The notes under the pieces: model-generated
The model's input: the letters and a program-made list of their open reading frames with translations, nothing else
Databases searched by the model: none
What the model was told of the DNA's origin: nothing
Source: Clostridia bacterium
GTDB lineage: Bacteria; Bacillota; Clostridia; UMGS1840; HGM11507
Direction: 5' to 3'
Length of the DNA stretch: 64,000 nucleotides
Assembly (NCBI GenBank): GCA_017414505.1
Contig: JAFQLQ010000003.1
Span: 23,994 to 87,993 of the forward strand
Shown: one piece after another, positions 27,964 to 36,280 of the stretch
Layout: the number at the start of each line of letters is the position of its first letter
How positions within the stretch are numbered: position 1 is the first letter of the stretch
Made by a program: the position numbers and the translations under genes

Positions 27964-30108
27964 TTATATACCTTTTAATGTTAATGCAATTCTGCCTTTC
28001 TGGACATCAACTTCCAGAACTTTTACTTTTAATATATCGCCAACGGAAAGCATTTCCGAAGGATGCTTAATGTATTTGTCGCAAATCTGGGAAATGTGAA
28101 CAAGTCCGTCGTGATGAACACCCAAATCTACAAAAGCACCGAAATCTGTAACATTTCTTACTGTTCCTGTAAGAATCATATCGGGTTTTAAATCCTTTAT
28201 ATCAAGCAAATCGCTTCTTAGTTCCGGCTTCGGAGCAGAATCTCTGATGTCTCTTCCGGGTTTTAAAAGCTCACTCATAATATCGGTAAGAGTAGGCACA
28301 CCAATTTCCAGCTCTTCTGCAAGCTTTGTTTTGCCTATTTTTTCCACTTTTTCGTTAAGACCGCTTAAATTACCTATGTCATTTTCTGTAAAATCTGTCT
28401 TTTCAAGAAGTTTTAAAGCAGCTCCGTAGCTTTCGGGATGAACTGCTGTGTTATCCAGAATATTTTTTCCTCCGGGAATTCTTAAGAAACCTGCACACTG
28501 AGTATAAGCTTTTTCACCGAGCTTGGAAACCTTTAAAAGCTCTTTTCTTGTTTTGAATGCACCGTTTTCTTCTCTGTATTTAAGAATATTTTTTGCAACT
28601 GTGGAATTTATTCCCGAAACAAATGATAACAGCGATGGGGAAGCAGTATTAACATCAACACCAACCGAGTTAACACAAGCTTCTACAACTCCTTCTAAAG
28701 CTTCGCTTAAACGTTTCTGGTTCATATCGTGCTGATACTGACCTACACCAATAGCCTTCGGATCAATTTTAACAAGCTCAGCAAGCGGATCCTGAATTCT
28801 TCTTGCGATGGAAACTGCACTTCTTAGCGCAACATCGTAATCCGGAAATTCTTCCGCACCAAGCTTTGAAGCCGAGTATACAGAAGCACCTGCTTCGGAA
28901 ACCACACTGTAATAAACCTCTGTATCAATTTCCTTTATCATTTCCGAAACGAAAATTTCAGATTCCTTGGAAGCTGTTCCGTTTCCGATTGAAATAAGCT
29001 CAACATTGTATTTTTTTATAAGTGCTTTAAGAGTTTTCTTTGCTTCTTCTGTTTTGTTCTGAGGGGGAGTGGGGTATACAACAGTTGTGTGAAGAACTTT
29101 TCCTGTTTCGTCAATAACTGCAATTTTACATCCTGTTCTGTAAGCCGGATCCAGCCCTAAAACAACCTTATCTTTAAACGGAGGGGTTAAAAGCAGATTT
29201 TTGAGATTAACTGCAAAAACCTTAATTGCATCCTCCTGCGCTTTGTCTGTAAGATAATTTCTTATTTCACGCTCAACAGAAGGGAATATCAGACGTTTAA
29301 AAGCATCAATTCCTGCCTCTTTAACAAGTTCCTTGGTGATGGAAGGGGCATCAAGAACAGTATGCTTGAAAATTATTTCGTTCGCTCTTTCTTCGTCAAT
29401 TACAACTTTTACAGTAAGAAAATCTTCCTTTTCGCCTCTGTCTAACGCAAGAACACGATGGTTTGCAATTCGTAAAACCGGTTCGCTGTATTCGTAATAC
29501 ATTCTGTAAACAGAATCTTCGTCTTTGGAATTTTTGGATTCCACAACACCGAAACGCATAATGAAAGCTCTTAAATCTTTTCTTATATCCGCATCGTCGG
29601 AAATATTTTCTGCAATAATGTGAAGTGCTCCTTCAATTGCTTCTTCGGCAGAGTTAACTTCTTTTTCTTCGTCTATGTACTCGGCGGCAATTTCTTCTAT
29701 ATTGCCGTCTTTTAACTGCTGAAGATAAATAACTGTTGCCAGCGGTTCAAGACCTTTTTCTCTTGCAATTGTTGCTTTTGTTCTTTTCTTTTTCTTATAA
29801 GGACGGTAAATATCCTCAATTTCGGTTAAGGTTTTCGCCGCCGCAATAGCAACAGTAAGCTCATCTGTAAGCTTGCCCTGTTCATCAATTAAGCGGATAA
29901 CCTCTTCTTTTCTTTCTTCAAGATTTCTTAAATAAGTAAGTCTGTCAAACAGTTCTCTTAGCAGCTGATCGTCTAAAGAACCTGTTTTTTCCTTTCTGTA
30001 TCGGGCAATAAACGGAATGGTACAGCCCTCATCTATAAGAGCAATGGTGTTGTCCACCTGCCATTTGTTTATGTTAAATTCTTTTGCCAGAACTTCATTT
30101 ATGTCCAT
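27964..30108 (-). CDS. tex: Tex-like transcription accessory protein (S1 RNA-binding)
   Basis: Full Tex architecture: N-terminal IPFIARYRKE, a YqgF-like core, and a C-terminal S1 domain GTVRNVTDFGAFVDLG. Confidence 0.9.
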   Translation of the reverse strand: MDINEVLAKEFNINKWQVDNTIALIDEGCTIPFIARYRKEKTGSLDDQLLRELFDRLTYLRNLEERKEEVIRLIDEQGKLTDELTVAIAAAKTLTEIEDIYRPYKKKKRTKATIAREKGLEPLATVIYLQQLKDGNIEEIAAEYIDEEKEVNSAEEAIEGALHIIAENISDDADIRKDLRAFIMRFGVVESKNSKDEDSVYRMYYEYSEPVLRIANHRVLALDRGEKEDFLTVKVVIDEERANEIIFKHTVLDAPSITKELVKEAGIDAFKRLIFPSVEREIRNYLTDKAQEDAIKVFAVNLKNLLLTPPFKDKVVLGLDPAYRTGCKIAVIDETGKVLHTTVVYPTPPQNKTEEAKKTLKALIKKYNVELISIGNGTASKESEIFVSEMIKEIDTEVYYSVVSEAGASVYSASKLGAEEFPDYDVALRSAVSIARRIQDPLAELVKIDPKAIGVGQYQHDMNQKRLSEALEGVVEACVNSVGVDVNTASPSLLSFVSGINSTVAKNILKYREENGAFKTRKELLKVSKLGEKAYTQCAGFLRIPGGKNILDNTAVHPESYGAALKLLEKTDFTENDIGNLSGLNEKVEKIGKTKLAEELEIGVPTLTDIMSELLKPGRDIRDSAPKPELRSDLLDIKDLKPDMILTGTVRNVTDFGAFVDLGVHHDGLVHISQICDKYIKHPSEMLSVGDILKVKVLEVDVQKGRIALTLKGI

Positions 30109-30806
30109 AATAATTCCAACTCCTCATCTGTTATTTCACGGTACTGCCCGGGTTCGAGATTTTCATCGAGAGGCAGAGAGCCGATAATTGTTCTTTTTAA
30201 ATATATTACTTTATTGGAAACCGCTGCAAACATTCTTTTTACCTGATGAAATTTTCCTTCCCATAAATCAAGGTAGCAGGAATGTCCGTTGATGATTTCC
30301 ATTTTCGCAGGTTTGGTAAGATATCCGTCGTCCAGAGTAACGCCGTTTTCAAGCCTGTCCTTTTGTTCTTCTGATAATGGCTTTTCAAGCTCAACATAAT
30401 ATCTTTTTCTTACATGTCCTTTTGGACCGGTGATTTTATGATTAAGAGGTCCGTCATCCGTTAAAAAAACAAAACCTTCGGTATCAATATCAAGTCTGCC
30501 TGCAGGGGATACTCTTTTTCTCAGAAGCTCATCATCAATAAGTTCAAGAACTGTGGGATTTACGTTATCCTTAGTTGCAGTAACATAACCCTGCGGTTTG
30601 TTAAGCATAATATAAAAATACTGTTTGTATTTTATTTTTTCTCCCATACATATAATATCAGCTGATTCCTGAACTTTTGTATCAGGAGCCTTAATAATTT
30701 CTCCGTTTACCGAAACCGAACCGCTTCTTATATATTTGGTAACTTCTTTCCTTGAGCCTGCGCCCATTTCGGAAAGTAATTTGTCAAGTCTAATCATATC
30801 TATCAT
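30099..30806 (-). CDS. RsuA/RluB-family rRNA pseudouridine synthase
   Basis: S4 domain (RLDKLLSEMG.GSRKE) and catalytic motif GRLDIDTEG. Confidence 0.85.
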   Translation of the reverse strand: MIDMIRLDKLLSEMGAGSRKEVTKYIRSGSVSVNGEIIKAPDTKVQESADIICMGEKIKYKQYFYIMLNKPQGYVTATKDNVNPTVLELIDDELLRKRVSPAGRLDIDTEGFVFLTDDGPLNHKITGPKGHVRKRYYVELEKPLSEEQKDRLENGVTLDDGYLTKPAKMEIINGHSCYLDLWEGKFHQVKRMFAAVSNKVIYLKRTIIGSLPLDENLEPGQYREITDEELELLWT

Positions 30807-30952
30807 ACCTCATTTTATATAATACCAAAAAAATATATAAATGTCAATTAAACATTATTTTAAAAAATTGTAAATTTATTAAAAACCTCTTTTCTTTTTT
30901 ATATTTATGGTTTATAATGTAGGTGTAATATAATATTGTGAGGTAGTTTAGC

Positions 30953-31828
30953 TTGTTTGGCTATGTAAATGTTTATAAGGATGAACTGAAAATTAAAGAC
31001 TATAATACTTTCAGAGGATTTTACTGCGGACTTTGTAAAATTTTGGGGAACGAATTTTCACAAAGTGTAAGGATGGGACTTAACTATGATTTTGCATTTC
31101 TTGCACTTGTGCTTTCATCACTTTCAAAAACGCAGGAAATAAAGCAGGAAAAATGTATTATTCATCCCATTAACAAAAGACCTGTTGTAAAAAACGATGA
31201 AATACTTGTTTACAGTGCGTATATGAGTGTTATAACAACATATTTCAAACTGGCGGACGACTGTTCTGATAAAAAGAATTTAAAAAGCCTTATTGCATTA
31301 CTGTTTTACAAAAGGCATCTTAAAAAAGCAAAAAAAAGATATCCCGAGGAGTATAAATGTATTAACGAGCAGTTAAAAAGACTTAAAAATCTTGAAAAAG
31401 CAAATTCCTGCGATACAGACGAAACTGCCGACTGTTTTGCAAAAATTCTTGAAAAGCTTTTTAGTCCGCAAAACCTTGAAACGGATGATATATCAAAAAA
31501 AGCTCTGGCAAATTTTGGATATAATCTCGGAAGATTTATTTATCTTATTGATGCTTATGATGATATAGGTGAGGATATCAAAAACAAAAATTATAACCCA
31601 GTTGTAAATTATTACAGATATAATGGGGAAGATATAAATAATTTTACCGAAAAAATTAAAGATAAGGTGGATTTTGGCTTGATGCTTACTCTGGACAGTG
31701 TTGCAAAAGCCTTTGAACTTATCGAATTCAAAAAAAACAGAGAACTGATTTCAAATATTGTATATTTGGGACTTAGAAATAAAAAAGATTCGGTGCTTAC
31801 TGCCGATAAAGATAAGGAGACAAAATAA
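30953..31828 (+). CDS. DUF5685-like protein of unknown function
   Basis: TTG start 8 nt after GAGGT. The N-terminus MFGYVNVYKDEL...YCGLCK is the pattern I associate with DUF5685. Helical, with two Asp-rich motifs. Confidence 0.7.
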   Translation: MFGYVNVYKDELKIKDYNTFRGFYCGLCKILGNEFSQSVRMGLNYDFAFLALVLSSLSKTQEIKQEKCIIHPINKRPVVKNDEILVYSAYMSVITTYFKLADDCSDKKNLKSLIALLFYKRHLKKAKKRYPEEYKCINEQLKRLKNLEKANSCDTDETADCFAKILEKLFSPQNLETDDISKKALANFGYNLGRFIYLIDAYDDIGEDIKNKNYNPVVNYYRYNGEDINNFTEKIKDKVDFGLMLTLDSVAKAFELIEFKKNRELISNIVYLGLRNKKDSVLTADKDKETK

Positions 31829-32418
31829 TGAACCCATATGAAGTGCTGGGAATCCCGGAAGGTTCCGATCAGGAAACAATAAAAAATGCATACAGAGAGC
31901 TTGCAAAAAAATATCATCCGGATCGTTATGCAGATAATCCGTTAAAGGAACTGGCGGAAGAAAAGCTTAAGGAAATAAATAAGGCTTATGATATGTTAAC
32001 CGGAAAAGCCGGCGGAAATAATTCTGCAAGACAGCAAAATACCTACAGCGGAGGAAACGGCTCTTTTGCTCAGATAAGAGTTATGATTCAGACCGGAAGA
32101 GTTACAGAAGCAGACGCTATGCTTGACGGTATGAGCAGCAGAACTGCAGAGTGGTTTTATTTAAAAGGACTTGTTGCTCTGCACAGAGGCTGGTATGACA
32201 GAGCGCTAAGTTTTCTTAATACAGCCTGCTCAATGGAGCCAAATAATATGGAATACCGTTCAACTCTTAATAATTTAAGAAACAGAACCGCCTCCTACAC
32301 AATGTATGGAAACAATCAGGGCTATAACAACGATTGCGGCGGAGATTGCTGTACAAAATTATGTATTGCAGACTGTTGTTGTGAAATGATGGGCGGTGAC
32401 CTGATATCATGCTGTTAA
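31828..32418 (+). CDS. J-domain protein with a TPR-like middle region and a C-terminal cysteine string
   Basis: J domain with HPD (NPYEVLGI..KKYHPDRY). TAATG overlap with the upstream gene. 9 Cys in the final 28 residues. Confidence 0.85.
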   Translation: MNPYEVLGIPEGSDQETIKNAYRELAKKYHPDRYADNPLKELAEEKLKEINKAYDMLTGKAGGNNSARQQNTYSGGNGSFAQIRVMIQTGRVTEADAMLDGMSSRTAEWFYLKGLVALHRGWYDRALSFLNTACSMEPNNMEYRSTLNNLRNRTASYTMYGNNQGYNNDCGGDCCTKLCIADCCCEMMGGDLISCC

Positions 32419-32903
32419 ACAATCTGAAATTAACCAATGGCGGAATACTTGCGGCTCTTGCACTTATTTCGCTGATGCTTGCATCATTTCTTCAAAATAT
32501 GACTCTGGCATTTTTATTTATTTCGTCTGTTATTATGTATCTGTTACTTATAAGATGCGGAAAGAAAACTTTTTTTCTTTCGTATCTGGCAGTTGCTTTG
32601 CTGGGAATTATTATGGTGGGCGATAAAAAGGTCATAATTTATTATATACTTGGTTTTGGATATTATCCTTATCTGCATGAAGTGTTTTCGAAAAAAAACA
32701 ACATTTTGTCCTATGGAATAAGGGGAATATATTTTGCTGTAATGCTTGTAATACTTTATTTTGTGTTAAAAGCATTTATTCCTGCGGCGCTTGATACAAA
32801 GCTGCCTCTTGGGGCTATGGGCGTTGCTGGAATTGTGGTGCTTTATTTATATGATTATTTTTTATCGTATGCAAAGCCGCATCTTATGAGATTTAAAATG
32901 TAA
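32409..32903 (+). CDS. Polytopic membrane protein, unknown function
   Basis: 10-nt overlap with the J-protein gene. About 5 hydrophobic helices. No recognisable family. Confidence 0.65.
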   Translation: MLLNNLKLTNGGILAALALISLMLASFLQNMTLAFLFISSVIMYLLLIRCGKKTFFLSYLAVALLGIIMVGDKKVIIYYILGFGYYPYLHEVFSKKNNILSYGIRGIYFAVMLVILYFVLKAFIPAALDTKLPLGAMGVAGIVVLYLYDYFLSYAKPHLMRFKM

Positions 32904-32917
32904 AAAGGGTTTTTATT

Positions 32918-35900
32918 ATGAATTTAAAGGTTATATACGGGAGAAAGAAAAGCGGAAAAACAACAGCGTTGTTAAATGAAATGATAAGGAAAGATAAAGT
33001 TCTTTATATTGTTCCCGAGCAGAATGTTTTCAATGCCGAAAAGCTTATTTTATCAGAGCTTGGAGAAGAAAAAGCATTTCTTATGGAAACTTTGAGTTTT
33101 AAAAAGCTTGCTCTGAATGTCCTTAAAAAACGTGATGATTACAGTACAATCAGGTTTATTGATAACGACACTAAAAATCTGCTTTTAAATAAGGTTATAT
33201 CTGAAAGAAGGCAGGAACTTGAAATATTTAAAAACGGTGCTTCAAGACCTGAATTTGCCGAGTCTGTAGCTTCTCAGATAAGCGAATTTAAAAGATATAT
33301 GATTGGAACAGATGCCCTTTTGGAGGCGGCGTCAAATTCCGAGCTTCCGGAGTCTTTACGAAAAAAAATCAGGGATATAAAAACTATTTATGCGGCGTAT
33401 GAATCTGAAATAGAAAATACATTTAAAGACTACGACGACCTGCTTCTTATGGCTGCAAAGGAAATTGCTGAAAATAATTATTTTTGCGGTTCAAATGTGT
33501 TTGTGGATTGTTTTACAGGATTTACCGAGCAGGAGCTTAATATTATAAAAGTTCTTATAAATAATAAATGTAACGTAACCGTTTCTCTGCTTTGCGATAA
33601 AGGGCACAACAGTGCAGGAGATTTGTTTTATACAACGGGAATCACAAAAGACAAGCTGAGAAAAGCGGCTGACGAAACCGGTGCGGAATACAGCGAAGAA
33701 TTCTTTGAAAAAAGTTTTTACAAAAATGAAGAATGCGGTTTCCTTGAAAAGAACTTTTATAATCATACATATCAGTCCTGCAATAAAAAAGCCGAAAGCT
33801 TAAAAATATATTCGTTGAAAAACAGCTACGAAGAATGTGAAAATGCCATCAACGAAATGATTCGTATAATAGGCGAGGATAATGCAAAATTCGGTGATTT
33901 TGTTTTTGTTCTTTGTTCTATGGATGATTATAAAAAAGACGTGGAAACCTTATTTGCCGAATACGGAATTTCCTATTATATAGACGAAAAAACTTCTGTT
34001 GCAGATTTATCTGCGGCAGGTTTTGTTACGCTTGTTTCAGATATTGCACAGTATCCCGGAAACCGTGAATATCTGATGTCTTATCTTAAATCCGGATATG
34101 TTATTAAAAATTTCAGAGATGAAGTTTTTAATTTTGAAAATTTTGTTCGTGAAGCCGGCGTAAAAAATTATGAGCTTTTTTCCGGAAAAAGCATAGAGGA
34201 AACACTTGAAACAAAATCAAAATACGGATTTTTGCCATCATCGGAAAATGCAGTAAAATTTGTGTACGAAAAAGCCATTTTACCGCTTAAAATTTTTATT
34301 TCCCGTGTAAAAGGCAAACACACAGCTGAAGAATTCGGTGAATTTATAATAGATTTTCTTGAAAATATCTGCTATAAGGAAACAATTGAAGAATACATAA
34401 ATGAATTTAACCGTAATGGTGATCTTATTAAAGGAATGCAGTTTGCTCAGGTTTATAATACAGTTACCGAAGCAATACGAAGAACAAGCCTTATTATGGA
34501 CAATAAGGTAATTGATTTCAAAACCTTTGCAGATTTACTTAAAATGGCATATGAAAGTCACTCTATATCCACCATTCCGTTATCTATGGACAGTGTTCAT
34601 GTTACGGGGATGAACGGAACAGGAAACGGAAAATTCAAATATATGTTTGTTCTTGGAATGACAGAAGGGGTTATTCCCGGGGGATTTGCATCGGAATCTC
34701 TTATAAATGAAATAGACAGAGCTTATCTTAACGAAATAGGAATAGGTCTTTCTATGAGTAAACAATTAAAACTTTCAGAAGAACAGCTTCTTATTTATAA
34801 TGCAGTTTGTTCGGATGTAGATGAGCTTGTTATGTCTTATCCGAAAACCAATTTTTCTCTTGATAAATTAAGCCCCTCGGAGGTTTTGGTATCAATCAGA
34901 AATATTTTCCCCGAAAACCCGGTTTTTACGGGAAAATCCGATAATAAAGTAACCTCTAAAAGACTTCTTTTTGAACGTGTGATAAACGATATAAAAAAGG
35001 GTTATGATGACGAAGAAACAGTAAATACCTTTAAATATTTTCTTAATGATGATGAATATAAATATACTGCTCAAAGGGTTTATAAAAATATTATTTTCAA
35101 AACATCAAAGCAGAATATAAAGATAGATAAAAATCTTGTTTCAAAGCGCTTTGACAATGAACTTGAAACTGCCGTTACAGGATTGGAAAAATACCGTTCC
35201 TGCGCATTTTCCTACTACTTAAGATATGTTTTAAAATGCAGAGAAAAAAAGGAATTTACAGTTAATGTGGCAGATGCGGGAAGTTTAAGCCATAAGATTA
35301 TAGAAGATTTTTCAAAAATGATAGCAGAAAAAAATATTTCATTTGAAGAGCTTACTGATACATTTATAGAAGAAAATATAGAAAACATTGCAGAAGAAGT
35401 TGTTCAGAATGAATACGGCGGACTTTTTGTATCCGATGCAAAAAGCAAATATCTCGTTAAAAAGCTTAAACGAATATCAAGAAGAGTTATAAATCTTATA
35501 AAACTTCACTTTCAGAAGGGGAATTTTGTACCTCTTGGATACGAAATGTATTTTTCAGAAAAAAACGGTATGCTTGATGGAATACGTTTTGATCTGGAGG
35601 ACGACAGACGTGTTCTTTTAAAAGGTGTTATTGACAGAGTTGATAAGTTAACTTCAGATAATACGGATTATATTCGTGTTGTTGATTACAAGTCTTCGCA
35701 GAAATCCATAGATTTAAGTGATGTGTATAACGGAATAAATTTACAGCTTTCCTTTTATCTGCTTGTTATGCTTAAACAGAAGATATTTGAAAATGTAAAA
35801 CCCGGTGCAATGCTTTATCTTACGCTTGATGAACCGCTTATTAAGCTTAATAATCCAGCCGGGGATGACAAAGTGGAATTTGAAATAAAAAAAGAGCTTA

Positions 35901-36280
35901 AAATGAGTGGTGTTATTCTGGATAATGAAGAGCTTATTTGTAATATGGACAGCGATTATGAAGAAAAACATTCATCTGATATAATATCCGGAGTACGTAT
36001 TTTAAAGAAAACAGGTAATTATGAGAGTGAAAATGTTCTTAGTGAGGAAGAATTCCTTGCAATTCTGGAACATACAAAAAAGACCGTTGAAAATTTAAGT
36101 AAAGGCATTTTCGATGGTGATTTTGGTATTTATCCTCTTAAAAACGGCGATAAAACAGGATGTGATTACTGTCCTTACGGTTCGGTTTGCGGTTTTGATA
36201 ACACTACCTGCAAATTTGATGTGCCTGATAAGCTTAAAAAAGTAGAAATTATGGAGCGTGTAATTGATGAGCAGTGTTAA
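32918..36280 (+). CDS. addB: Helicase-nuclease AddAB subunit B
   Basis: N-terminal GRKKSGKTT. C-terminal RecB-type nuclease (DRVD...VVDYKS) with Fe-S cysteines (CAFSYY; CDYCPYGSVC). Confidence 0.9.
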   Translation: MNLKVIYGRKKSGKTTALLNEMIRKDKVLYIVPEQNVFNAEKLILSELGEEKAFLMETLSFKKLALNVLKKRDDYSTIRFIDNDTKNLLLNKVISERRQELEIFKNGASRPEFAESVASQISEFKRYMIGTDALLEAASNSELPESLRKKIRDIKTIYAAYESEIENTFKDYDDLLLMAAKEIAENNYFCGSNVFVDCFTGFTEQELNIIKVLINNKCNVTVSLLCDKGHNSAGDLFYTTGITKDKLRKAADETGAEYSEEFFEKSFYKNEECGFLEKNFYNHTYQSCNKKAESLKIYSLKNSYEECENAINEMIRIIGEDNAKFGDFVFVLCSMDDYKKDVETLFAEYGISYYIDEKTSVADLSAAGFVTLVSDIAQYPGNREYLMSYLKSGYVIKNFRDEVFNFENFVREAGVKNYELFSGKSIEETLETKSKYGFLPSSENAVKFVYEKAILPLKIFISRVKGKHTAEEFGEFIIDFLENICYKETIEEYINEFNRNGDLIKGMQFAQVYNTVTEAIRRTSLIMDNKVIDFKTFADLLKMAYESHSISTIPLSMDSVHVTGMNGTGNGKFKYMFVLGMTEGVIPGGFASESLINEIDRAYLNEIGIGLSMSKQLKLSEEQLLIYNAVCSDVDELVMSYPKTNFSLDKLSPSEVLVSIRNIFPENPVFTGKSDNKVTSKRLLFERVINDIKKGYDDEETVNTFKYFLNDDEYKYTAQRVYKNIIFKTSKQNIKIDKNLVSKRFDNELETAVTGLEKYRSCAFSYYLRYVLKCREKKEFTVNVADAGSLSHKIIEDFSKMIAEKNISFEELTDTFIEENIENIAEEVVQNEYGGLFVSDAKSKYLVKKLKRISRRVINLIKLHFQKGNFVPLGYEMYFSEKNGMLDGIRFDLEDDRRVLLKGVIDRVDKLTSDNTDYIRVVDYKSSQKSIDLSDVYNGINLQLSFYLLVMLKQKIFENVKPGAMLYLTLDEPLIKLNNPAGDDKVEFEIKKELKMSGVILDNEELICNMDSDYEEKHSSDIISGVRILKKTGNYESENVLSEEEFLAILEHTKKTVENLSKGIFDGDFGIYPLKNGDKTGCDYCPYGSVCGFDNTTCKFDVPDKLKKVEIMERVIDEQC

